Source: a virus. From it: a stretch of DNA of 64,000 nt. Of this stretch, positions 26,453 through 34,550 are shown one piece after another. Positions within the stretch are counted from its first letter, which is position 1; the number at the start of each line of letters is the position of its first letter. The position numbers and the translations under genes were made by a program. The DNA lies in the IMG/VR virus record IMGVR_UViG_3300042691_036206, positions 2,655 through 66,654 of that record. One strand, 5' to 3'. The notes under the pieces were generated by a model. The model was not told where the DNA came from and ran no database searches. It saw only the letters and a list, made by a program, of their open reading frames with translations.

Positions 26453-26650
26453 TCAATTCTCCGACGGTCGACACAGCCGCTGATTTTCCAACGCTCGCAG
26501 TTCCTTCCACTTCTCGATCGCGTCGACGATCACGTGGTAGAAGAGATCGACCGCATCGTCGAATTCCCCTCCACGCTTCCTCAAGGCACGGGCCAAGGCA
26601 TGAGCGGTGCCCCAGGCGATGTCGTGGGTCAATCGCGTGTCATTGTTCAT
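26453..26650 (-). CDS. hypothetical protein
   Basis: GGAGG RBS; 65 aa. Confidence 0.55.
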   Translation of the reverse strand: MNNDTRLTHDIAWGTAHALARALRKRGGEFDDAVDLFYHVIVDAIEKWKELRALENQRLCRPSEN

Positions 26651-26666
26651 GGCGCCCCTCCCTTTC

Positions 26667-26963
26667 TTACCCACGGTGTTCGTCGAGGTACTTCTCAAGC
26701 CAAGCAGTTGACCTTTCACCGAATCGATCCATGCCCCGTTCAAAAGCCTTGCCCAGCACCTTGATCGTGTGGGCCAATATCGCCGCCGCGATAAACACCG
26801 CCAGGGCGAAGAATGGAGAACTTCCATCGCTGGATTTTTCAGTCGCAATTCGAATGCTTCCGGTGAACACCACCATCAGCACGATCCAGCAGTCGATGAC
26901 CACCAGGGTCGTAAACCCCTTGTCGTAAGCGTTTTTGAGAAACTGTTTGATGCTCTGCCACAT
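26667..26963 (-). CDS. small membrane protein (2 TM)
   Basis: Two hydrophobic segments; AAGGAG RBS. Confidence 0.6.
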   Translation of the reverse strand: MWQSIKQFLKNAYDKGFTTLVVIDCWIVLMVVFTGSIRIATEKSSDGSSPFFALAVFIAAAILAHTIKVLGKAFERGMDRFGERSTAWLEKYLDEHRG

Positions 26964-26999
26964 GACAAACTCCTTGGAAAAGGGATGCAAAAAAACCAC

Positions 27000-28388
27000 C
27001 TATTCGCGACTCGCTCTCACCACTTCAGCGGGGAAATTCAAACGAGTCGTCCATTCACGATCTTCGATGTCTTCGAGTACTTCCCACTCTGGCGGGACGG
27101 GCTTGCCCTCCGACGCCGGGGGGACACCGTCGTAAACGTGGAGGAAGGGGATCGAGAACTTGAAAGGGCCATCTGGGAAGTCGGCATAGCCCTCAATGAA
27201 GTCCTTGCCCTTCTCAGGGCAAGCGCGACTGAGCCGCATCAATTCATCTGGCGACACGTTGGCCCAGTTTTTCACCGTGGTGTTTGCCTTGTCTGTCCTG
27301 GGTGCCGTCCAGGCCATGCCGGTGTAGACAGGATTCACGACCTCCAGCACATCGCAGCTTCCGAGGTACGCCGAGGCCCACTTCGCCATGTCCGGAGATC
27401 CGCACTTCATGAACGCCTTGAAGGCGAGAAGCGCTGCGATTTCTTCGGCAACGTTTTTTCCGTACTGCTCAGCGAGACCGAGGATTTCGTGCAACGTGAC
27501 CACAGGGCACATTCCACTTTTCCTCCCACGACGGCAAATTTTCAAAAGACCTTCCAGCGGCACCATCGATGCGATTTCGTCGCAGCCGAACCAATGTCGT
27601 GTCTGCGTGACGCGGGAGAGCCCGTAATCGGCGATGGTGTCGAGAGCAAAAGAGAACAGGCCCGATTGCACGCTGGCGTAGCGGTCGACCCAGCGGAAGA
27701 CGTTCCAACCCTTGCCCGTGAGAAGGGGCTCCAGGAAGCTCGCCTTTTTTGGGGCTTTCTCTGACAGGGCGGCGTATACGGACAACTGCATCAGTTTGGT
27801 CGCGACCGTTGCCTGTACGTCCCTGCTGGTATCGCCAGCGTGGCCCAGAGGGGCGTAAACATCGCCCACGCCTGGAACCAACTTCCCCGCCTCCGAAATT
27901 AAACGATGGTCCTTTGCCAACCGCACAACATCCGCCAGGCGCCACTTCTTCGGAGCGAAGTGATGGAGGATATGAAGTGCCGCGATGAGGATGATCTGGG
28001 CCCAAGCATCGAAGAAGTTGTTCTTTCCGCGATTCTCCTGCGGGGCCATCTTTTGGGCGAAGCGGACTCGCTCGGTCTGCGTCGTAATGTCCGCCGCCAG
28101 GTCCATTGCCGTCCCACCCTCACAGTGAACTTGGAACTCATTTACCTCGACTCCGTTAGCCTTCAGCAGCGGCGTGAGACTTCCGTCGGCATCCACGGCA
28201 GAGCCGGAGTCGCCATTTCTCGCAGCCGCTCTGAAGAGCATTGCGGCCAGCGAGCTTTTGCCGCAGCCGGGAGCGCCGGTGAGGAGGAAGCCCAGCGACT
28301 GCAAGGCGCTGATGACCCACCGGCCGCAGAACGGAACGGATAGCGGTGGAACTTCCAGAGGCCTTTCGCGAAAAATATTTCTAAACAT
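27000..28388 (-). CDS. type IV coupling protein (TraD/TrwB/VirD4-like ATPase)
   Basis: LTGAPGCGKS Walker A, NNFFDAWAQ, CDEIAS Walker B, RGRKSG, EQYG..VAEEI, AKWASAYLG, VSPDELMRL; next to the relaxase. Confidence 0.8.
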   Translation of the reverse strand: MFRNIFRERPLEVPPLSVPFCGRWVISALQSLGFLLTGAPGCGKSSLAAMLFRAAARNGDSGSAVDADGSLTPLLKANGVEVNEFQVHCEGGTAMDLAADITTQTERVRFAQKMAPQENRGKNNFFDAWAQIILIAALHILHHFAPKKWRLADVVRLAKDHRLISEAGKLVPGVGDVYAPLGHAGDTSRDVQATVATKLMQLSVYAALSEKAPKKASFLEPLLTGKGWNVFRWVDRYASVQSGLFSFALDTIADYGLSRVTQTRHWFGCDEIASMVPLEGLLKICRRGRKSGMCPVVTLHEILGLAEQYGKNVAEEIAALLAFKAFMKCGSPDMAKWASAYLGSCDVLEVVNPVYTGMAWTAPRTDKANTTVKNWANVSPDELMRLSRACPEKGKDFIEGYADFPDGPFKFSIPFLHVYDGVPPASEGKPVPPEWEVLEDIEDREWTTRLNFPAEVVRASRE

Positions 28389-28698
28389 TGGAGTCTCCTT
28401 TCTTCAGCCCATCGCCGCGAATGACGATCTGTCCGACGCCGTGAGGCTTCGGTCGGCTCCACTCCGTGATGGCCTGTAAGATCGAAATCAAAACGAATTC
28501 AAAAAACACCACGCTTGCGATGACGATCGCCCCCATCACAAACGGATGCCTTTGAATGAACGTGGGGTCGATGGCCCTACTGATTGCCAGCGGCGCCACG
28601 ATCGCCACAGCGAGAGTGACCCACACTGACAACTCCAGAACGACTCTGAAGAAGAACCACTTCAGCGGCCTGAGAAAAATCACCCGGAGAATCTCCAT
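28381..28698 (-). CDS. membrane protein (2 TM), possible separate anchor for the coupling protein
   Basis: Two TM segments; overlaps the start of the T4CP, which has no TM of its own. Confidence 0.6.
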   Translation of the reverse strand: MEILRVIFLRPLKWFFFRVVLELSVWVTLAVAIVAPLAISRAIDPTFIQRHPFVMGAIVIASVVFFEFVLISILQAITEWSRPKPHGVGQIVIRGDGLKKGDSNV

Positions 28699-28718
28699 GA
28701 CGCACCTTCCCTTTCTGG

Positions 28719-30158
28719 TTAATGGCGATTTCTGCGTTCTTGCCTGCGACTCTGAATCAAGGGCTCATCCTGTCCCTTCACGTAAACAGCGACGTTATGC
28801 TTCTCCGCTGCGATGCGGAGCTTCTGAAGTTCTTTCGAGGTCATCGCGGTCGCGGCGGCTTTCGAGAGGACGACACGATCGCCGCTTTTGAGCTTGATAT
28901 GGGGCTCTCTCGCTCGCTGATACGCATACTCGGCGCGTAGCAGGGCTTCTCTGAGGGTGTGAAACGGATTGCCTTGGTACAGCGATCGGATCGCGGCTCT
29001 GTGAGCTTCTGGGCGCGATCGCTTCTTGATGTCATCCAGAAAAGCGGGAACGCTCTTCACCCGGTAATCACGTGAAGCTCCGAGGTTGACGACCTTGACC
29101 GCCGCACCGATGACTCGCAACGGAAGCACGACAAACTCATCAAGGAGCCTTTGCAACCGACCGGGTGTCTTGAATTCTTTTTCTGGTTGGCTTTTTGCCG
29201 CGACCGTTGCCGCTGTCTTTCTAAACGAAGGTTTCTGCGCACCCTTCGCGGCATCCTCTTTTGCGGAAGGCTCGTCTTTGATCCAGCCCTGGCTCCGCCC
29301 ATGTTGCAACAGAGCTTGTCCCGCGAGCGGCTTCCACGTCTCGACCAGTTCCGCACGTGTATACGCAACGGGCGGGCACGTGCGAGTGTTCAATGCGGCG
29401 TAGGCTTTCGCCTGCGGTGTCGGCTCGATGCCCTTGCTCTCCAGGTAGTTCTTGATTTGTTCGCTGCGTTTACCGACCAACGCCATCAGCTCAGGGGGCA
29501 CGCCTTGCACCACAGCCACGCCGCGATTGAAGCCGATGTTCCACTTAAATTCCTGGGCGAGTTCTTTACCGAGGGCCGCTTGGAACGCCATCTGATACAG
29601 CTTGTCGATGCGGTAGTACTGGCGGAGGTCGCCAAGCTTCAACGTCTTGCCGGTTGCGGTAACGCCGTACCGTGAGAGCCGACGGTGAATGTGCCAATGA
29701 ATCCCGCCACCGTTGTCGGTCGCGTGGATGACGCGGCGGACCACTGGAATCGCAGGAACGATTTTCTTTCCCTGGGCGCCAGAGCGTACGTGCCAACCCT
29801 TCGCCATCACTACCTTGAAGGCCACGTCATCCGCTCGCTTCAAGCAGTCCGCCATCTTCTGGAACGCCGCGGGGCCTTCCATTACCAGGACCACGAGGAA
29901 CATTGCGTTTACTGACTTGTCCGTGCCGCTGACCATCTCGAAGGGGCGCGTGTCTTTGCGGTTCTTCTGAACGCGGATGGCCGGACTTCCGTCTCCCCGC
30001 TTCTCCTGAGCGTGAAGGCGGTTTTGCTCTGGATCGTTGGCGTCGGTGAAGCCAATCAGAGCGGCCGGGCCCATGAAGTCGGCCCCACCACCATGCTCGA
30101 TTGCGTCCTGGTTGTACTTCTCAGAGAGGGAGTACTTCTTCGTCGTGCGAGTTATCAC
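28719..30158 (-). CDS. MOBF (TrwC-family) relaxase, divergent, without helicase domain
   Basis: FEMVSGTDKSV (D.TFSAPKSV equivalent), IHATD....IHWHIH 3H motif, FQAALGKEL, GVPPELM...KRSEQI, AALNTR. Confidence 0.8.
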   Translation of the reverse strand: MITRTTKKYSLSEKYNQDAIEHGGGADFMGPAALIGFTDANDPEQNRLHAQEKRGDGSPAIRVQKNRKDTRPFEMVSGTDKSVNAMFLVVLVMEGPAAFQKMADCLKRADDVAFKVVMAKGWHVRSGAQGKKIVPAIPVVRRVIHATDNGGGIHWHIHRRLSRYGVTATGKTLKLGDLRQYYRIDKLYQMAFQAALGKELAQEFKWNIGFNRGVAVVQGVPPELMALVGKRSEQIKNYLESKGIEPTPQAKAYAALNTRTCPPVAYTRAELVETWKPLAGQALLQHGRSQGWIKDEPSAKEDAAKGAQKPSFRKTAATVAAKSQPEKEFKTPGRLQRLLDEFVVLPLRVIGAAVKVVNLGASRDYRVKSVPAFLDDIKKRSRPEAHRAAIRSLYQGNPFHTLREALLRAEYAYQRAREPHIKLKSGDRVVLSKAAATAMTSKELQKLRIAAEKHNVAVYVKGQDEPLIQSRRQERRNRH

Positions 30159-30565
30159 GGTTGCACCGCCTTCTCCTCCGCCATGAACTTCGCAATGTCG
30201 CCTGAGAGATAGACCTCATTCACGAGCGCCACCGCCGTAGCGGTGTCGAGAGATTCCCCGCGACGTTGTTGTGTCGAGAGCAGGAGCACGGCCAGCTCGG
30301 CCAACAGGGCTTTCATCTCTGCGGGCTGAATCCCCACGTGAGGCGGCGGCAGTGGCGCGTTTCCGTCCGGCAAGCAGCGGTGTTCGAGGGCCCACGAAAT
30401 GAGATCGTGGCCGAGCGTGCTCTCGGTGGTCTCAAGTTCCTTCGCCAACGCTCGAAATGCTGCCTTCATCTTGAGCGGCACTCGCACGCTGATAGTCGTT
30501 GTCGGCTCACTGTTGCCGATGATGGTTTCACGCGGGTCAGGCTTGATGGTGTCATCACTGTCCAT
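30155..30565 (-). CDS. RHH relaxosome accessory protein (TrwA/MobC-like)
   Basis: TTISVRVPLKMKAAFRALAKELETTESTLGHDLI; coupled to the relaxase by ATGA-type overlap. Confidence 0.65.
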   Translation of the reverse strand: MDSDDTIKPDPRETIIGNSEPTTTISVRVPLKMKAAFRALAKELETTESTLGHDLISWALEHRCLPDGNAPLPPPHVGIQPAEMKALLAELAVLLLSTQQRRGESLDTATAVALVNEVYLSGDIAKFMAEEKAVQP

Positions 30566-30776
30566 GGTCGCTACTCCGAAAGCGGTTGAGGAAGCGGGTG
30601 AAGATTGTCGGCGAGGACTGCGGGGCGGGCGACGAGGACCAAAGAAAGTCTTCGAGGCGCTTGTGAGCTTCGATCTCTTCCGGCGTCCGGCGAGCGTCGA
30701 AGAACGCCTGGATGGGATCGTCGGGCTCGTAGGGAGCCTGGTAGCCCTCGAAAAAGTCCCTGATGGGATCTGACAT
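30555..30776 (-). CDS. hypothetical protein
   Basis: 73 aa; internal DPI..FF repeat; RBS present. Confidence 0.45.
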   Translation of the reverse strand: MSDPIRDFFEGYQAPYEPDDPIQAFFDARRTPEEIEAHKRLEDFLWSSSPAPQSSPTIFTRFLNRFRSSDHGQ

Positions 30777-30973
30777 GGGTGTTTGCCTTTCAGTTTGCGT
30801 AAACCTGTGGCAGCTTTCGACCGGCCGAATTCTTACCACCGAATGCAAGAAAGCCAAGTTTTGGAGTGAGCAGTTTTGAGCGCAACTCTAGGCGCATCAT
30901 CGAGATAATTTTCTTGAGATTTATTTCTGTAACTCTAAGAGGGCCAATGGCTTAAAGGGCATTCGGTTGGCCG

Positions 30974-31071
30974 GGCGAGGACATCAAGATTAGCGTTTCG
31001 GCCTGTGGAATGTGTTGCCCCGGCGAGGACATTAAGAACAGCGTTCGCCCGCCTCGGCGAGGACATGAAGA
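30974..31071. repeat. three GGCGAGGACATNAAGA direct repeats; candidate oriT/ori region
   Basis: Copies at 30974, 31022, 31056; AT-rich tract at about 30900-30940; intergenic, upstream of the relaxase operon. Confidence 0.7.
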
Positions 31072-31176
31072 TCGATGGGTGGAGAGGTGGTCATCTGTCA
31101 ATGAACCTTTTTGAAAACCTCTCCTGAACTGTCGTGTGCCAATCCTGGCATCCCATCCGTGGGCATCCATTCTGGA

Positions 31177-31542
31177 CTAGAAGCGATCGCCGACGTCGTT
31201 GCCGTCGTCACTTCCACTTTCGCCACCGCCGCCGACGTTGGTTCCGTTCTGCTGAGCGAGCCAGATCCACGCCATGCGTGAACACTCAGCGACAACGAGC
31301 AAATCGTCCCGACCGAAAGTTGTCGCCGACTTCCACTGTCCTTGGCCGTCCTTGTAGTTCCGCGTCATCGTGACGCTGTACCACACGCCTTCCTTGCTCT
31401 CGTTCTCCCAGATTGTCGCCTTGATGCGACCGCATCGGATCTCGTGAGCGGGAGGTCGACGACCATTCCCTTGATCGCGGTTCTGCTGCTGCTGCGGGGC
31501 GTCGTTGCGACCGACCGTCTGCGTTCTCTTTTGAGGAGCCAT
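31177..31542 (-). CDS. putative ssDNA-binding protein of mobile elements
   Basis: IKATIWEN...YSVT.TRNYKD..GQWKSATTFGRDDLL; acidic tail ending in F. Confidence 0.65.
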   Translation of the reverse strand: MAPQKRTQTVGRNDAPQQQQNRDQGNGRRPPAHEIRCGRIKATIWENESKEGVWYSVTMTRNYKDGQGQWKSATTFGRDDLLVVAECSRMAWIWLAQQNGTNVGGGGESGSDDGNDVGDRF

Positions 31543-31681
31543 GACGGCACCTCTCCTTTCTTGAAAGTTCGTGACATGGAGATGTTCCAGACACAAGGAA
31601 AAGAAAAACAGCGGCCTCGCTCCGAGCGAAATGCCGCTGAGAAATCCACGGCCCGGCATCCGTTCCGGGGGTTGTGCGTTG

Positions 31682-32425
31682 CTACACCGCGAGGGAGCGA
31701 TCCGGCAGCATGAGACCATTCAGGCGAATGGTTTGCGAGACGAACACTTGCGGCGCCGTGATGGCACGTTCCTTCAGAACTTCCGTGAAGGCATTGAAAA
31801 GGCCCCAGCCTGTGCGGGCCCGGAACTCTTCATGTGGCGGATTCTCCCACTGCTCGCAGACCTTGGGAATCTGAAGCGTCGAGATGATTCCGCGGTGAAA
31901 GGCCTGAAGGATGATGTGACTTGCCGCCTCCGGCGTGAGTTCCATCTCCATCATTCGCTTGATGCGGTGTTCCTCGGCATCCTTGAACGACGCAAGCGAC
32001 GTGACTGCGGTACCGATCGCCGTGCCGAAGGCCCGCATGCCATTGATCGTGTGTTTTCTGCGGACGAGCAACTCGGCTCGGAATGCCAAATTGTCACAGC
32101 AAAAAACTCTTGATCCAGCCGCGAAGCCGAGCGGAAAGGACTTGTCGGTACTGTTGCGGATCCCGACCGAAAGACTGACGCCCTGAGCGAGCGGAGTTGT
32201 CAGGTCGAGAACGCCGAAGAAGCGTGCTCCATCACGAGCGAGCGCGAGCTTTTGACTCGCGATCTGGTATCCCGCTCCTGAGAGCGTTTCACGAACAGTC
32301 GCTAGCACTGTCGTGTGGGCCGTAGGATGCCACCGCCCTTCGGGCGGTGGAGTCCTGCAAGCCTTCAGCTCGTCGAGCGTGACGAGCCGCCCGCCCGCGT
32401 GAAGCACGAGCGCTCCTTGAGACAT
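31682..32425 (-). CDS. DUF932 domain protein
   Basis: GIRNSTDKSFPLGFAAGSRVFCCDNLAF...RKHT...TGWGLFNAFTEVLK. Confidence 0.85.
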   Translation of the reverse strand: MSQGALVLHAGGRLVTLDELKACRTPPPEGRWHPTAHTTVLATVRETLSGAGYQIASQKLALARDGARFFGVLDLTTPLAQGVSLSVGIRNSTDKSFPLGFAAGSRVFCCDNLAFRAELLVRRKHTINGMRAFGTAIGTAVTSLASFKDAEEHRIKRMMEMELTPEAASHIILQAFHRGIISTLQIPKVCEQWENPPHEEFRARTGWGLFNAFTEVLKERAITAPQVFVSQTIRLNGLMLPDRSLAV

Positions 32426-32810
32426 TGCAATCCCTCTTGGGTGAGGGGCTGGCGCACTTCTGAAAACCTTCAGTGCTGATGACCAACCTCTCTCCCGGTC
32501 GGGGACAGAGGTCGCGTGATGTGTCTTCTACCCAACAAGCTCAACGTTGACACAGGTTGCAATGACAGGCAAGGGGAGGCATAAGCCGGATGTGGTGAGC
32601 GCGGGACGGTCACCGACAAAAGTGGAATGGAGCGGCTGCTTGCAAGAAGAACCTTTGGAACTCCCAGCCGCGAGAGCTAAGTACCATAAGAAAAACTGCC
32701 GTGAAAGAAGGGCATTCCTCCCTCCACGGCACTCAGGGCTCACCGCCACCGGACGCCGGTATTCCTTGGATTAGTCATTCTAATCCTCCGCTTCCCGGCG
32801 CCCTGAGAAA

Positions 32811-33473
32811 CTACCTCCGCCCAGCCTCATACCGCAAGAGGTCCGCAATCTCTTTCGGCGTCTCGATGAAGACCGGCTCCGGCGTAAACTTCTTCCGCAC
32901 ACATCGTTTCCAATCGACCGGGGCTTTCTTCAGCAGGCGGCGGCATTCATTTAGGTGTCGGATGAGCGAGAAGAGGCCGTCCCTAACGCCGGCGAACGGC
33001 AAAAATGGAAACTCCCGCACCGTGGTTTCGCAGGCGCTAAGAGTTTCCTTTGCTAACTCGGTAAACTCCCTTTTCAACCGTCGCTGGGCCTCGGGATGGA
33101 GCCTCACGGAGACCTTCTCCGTCTGGCGATTGACGCTGATGGAATAGCCTTCGAGATGGAGCGGGGCTTCTCGAATATCCTTCCAAGCTTCGCGGTTGAA
33201 GAAGGACGAGCGGCCTTTGGTTGCGATGATGATGCAGAGTTGCCCGCAGCGGAGGTACTTCACCTTCGCGAACCCAGCCTTTGAACGGCGATACTGTTTT
33301 TCTTTGCTGAGATGCGCGTCGTACAGCATCAGCAACCTAGCGTCGATTATGAGCGGATCCTTATTATCGGGAATCCATGACGTGCTGTAAAACACATACT
33401 TTTTCGTCAGTAAATTGCACGCCAGATAGCGAACCATCGCATCGGGTGATTTAATAATATACTGGACGGTCAT
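32811..33473 (-). CDS. hypothetical protein of mobile-element type
   Basis: YVFY...IP..KDP..ID.RL...Y...SK....RR.KAG.A.V.YLR...ATKG pattern recalled from Planctomycete mobile elements; start uncertain. Confidence 0.6.
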   Translation of the reverse strand: MTVQYIIKSPDAMVRYLACNLLTKKYVFYSTSWIPDNKDPLIIDARLLMLYDAHLSKEKQYRRSKAGFAKVKYLRCGQLCIIIATKGRSSFFNREAWKDIREAPLHLEGYSISVNRQTEKVSVRLHPEAQRRLKREFTELAKETLSACETTVREFPFLPFAGVRDGLFSLIRHLNECRRLLKKAPVDWKRCVRKKFTPEPVFIETPKEIADLLRYEAGRR

Positions 33474-33489
33474 AGAGGCATGATGACAT

Positions 33490-33514
33490 AAAAAAGGCGG
33501 GGTTGCCCCCGCCT
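33490..33514 (-). terminator. intrinsic terminator on the minus strand
   Basis: AGGCGGGG-GCAA-CCCCGCCT followed by a T-run. Confidence 0.7.
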
Positions 33515-33697
33515 CCATACCTTAGATTGTCCTGCCTTGCCATGGCTCACCGATCCGCATCCAACCTTAGCCCGCCAAGCCGAGCTAATCCGTACCTAAC
33601 CTTGAGTCACCTTACCGCGATCGGATAAATTCAGGCACCGGGGAGGTTGATTTTGGGCAGAGTGACTCAAAAGTTACGCGATCGCACAGATTCTCTG

Positions 33698-34503
33698 TTG
33701 GGGGGATTCTGTCTCTCGACAAGGCTCCCCCCAGGCCCACCGACATAACCTTCTCCGCACGTGTTGGTGCTTTCCAACCCTTCCAGGTGACACCAACCCT
33801 ACGGCCATCCTCCTCGGTGAGCACTGTCGTTCTTCCAGAGCGGAAACGACGGAATTGACTGCCCTGCCATCCGTCGAGCCTATAAACCTCCTTTCTAAAA
33901 CCTTGGGCCCCGCCTTTAGCCGGACAACCTCCTACAGAACTTTGCGCGTCCTACCCGTGCTCGCTCTCCCCTCTGCCAGAACCTTCTGTCCTTGAAGGGC
34001 AGAGGCTCCCGAATTGTCGACGGCTGTCATGTGGTGGTCACGTCGTCGAGCGGCGTATTCGACCGCACGGCGGGCGGGTGCTCCAGAAGTTCCCCGCTAG
34101 AACACTCACCCCTCGGTAGCCCGAGGGCTTTCACCCTTGGAACGCACAAGACAGGGTTACCGCCCCGCCCGCGTTCTGAACTATTTGGCACCGTCTCCGT
34201 CCACACGTACTCGATTGCAGTTGCCTGCGTGACCCTTTGCGCTACTTGCCCGTCATCCCTCGCGGGTGACTGGTTCCAGGGTCGAGCGAGGTTGAGGCGA
34301 CCACGTGGGTCATCCGCCCCCTCGGCGGCGCAATGTATATTTGGCTATACAAGAACCACTGGTCTTGCATACTCCAGTAGACATTACGCCGCTTCAGCCG
34401 CCATCCCATCGTCGCACGCGAATCGGTATTGATTCTTCCCCACTGAACAAGGGCCTCTCGACCCATTCAGCGAGCCCGATTTGGTGGTGAAGGGGCGTCG
34501 GTG
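33698..34503 (-). ncRNA. large (~810 nt) structured non-coding RNA candidate
   Basis: No credible ORF; 5'/3' closing helix; more than ten hairpins, several with GNRA loops; G-U pairs favour the minus strand; upstream TTCCCA-16-TATCCT promoter. Confidence 0.7.
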
Positions 34504-34508
34504 TGCCC

Positions 34509-34536
34509 AGGATAGGCCGGGGCCGAGATATGGGAA
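34509..34536 (-). promoter_or_regulatory. putative promoter of the large ncRNA
   Basis: TTCCCA-16 nt-TATCCT; the predicted start coincides with the first base pairs of the closing helix. Confidence 0.45.
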
Positions 34537-34550
34537 ACAGACGAAACCGG

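Larger units (their letters stand above)
23560..33514. mobile_element. integrative mobilisable element-like module embedded in the phage
   Basis: attP, int, xis, DUF5131, T4CP, MOBF relaxase, RHH, oriT-like repeats, SSB, DUF932; no T4SS genes; boundaries approximate. Confidence 0.7.

Noticed and set aside
26769-27764. 331-aa plus-strand ORF
   Set aside because: Antisense to the coupling protein, with no motifs
30974-31071. Mini CRISPR array
   Set aside because: Repeats are only 16 bp, spacing is irregular (48 and 34 bp), and there are no cas genes
23514-33700. attL/attR direct repeats bounding the mobilisable module
   Set aside because: No shared sequence found by eye between the two flanks; a short core could have been missed
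33698-34503. Group II intron interpretation (GTGCGAC near 34417 on the minus strand; CCGTA...ACGTGCGG resembling domain V)
   Set aside because: No AGC/CGC triad in a canonical 34-nt domain V, no RT ORF and no interrupted gene; the 5'/3' closing helix extends beyond the putative splice site
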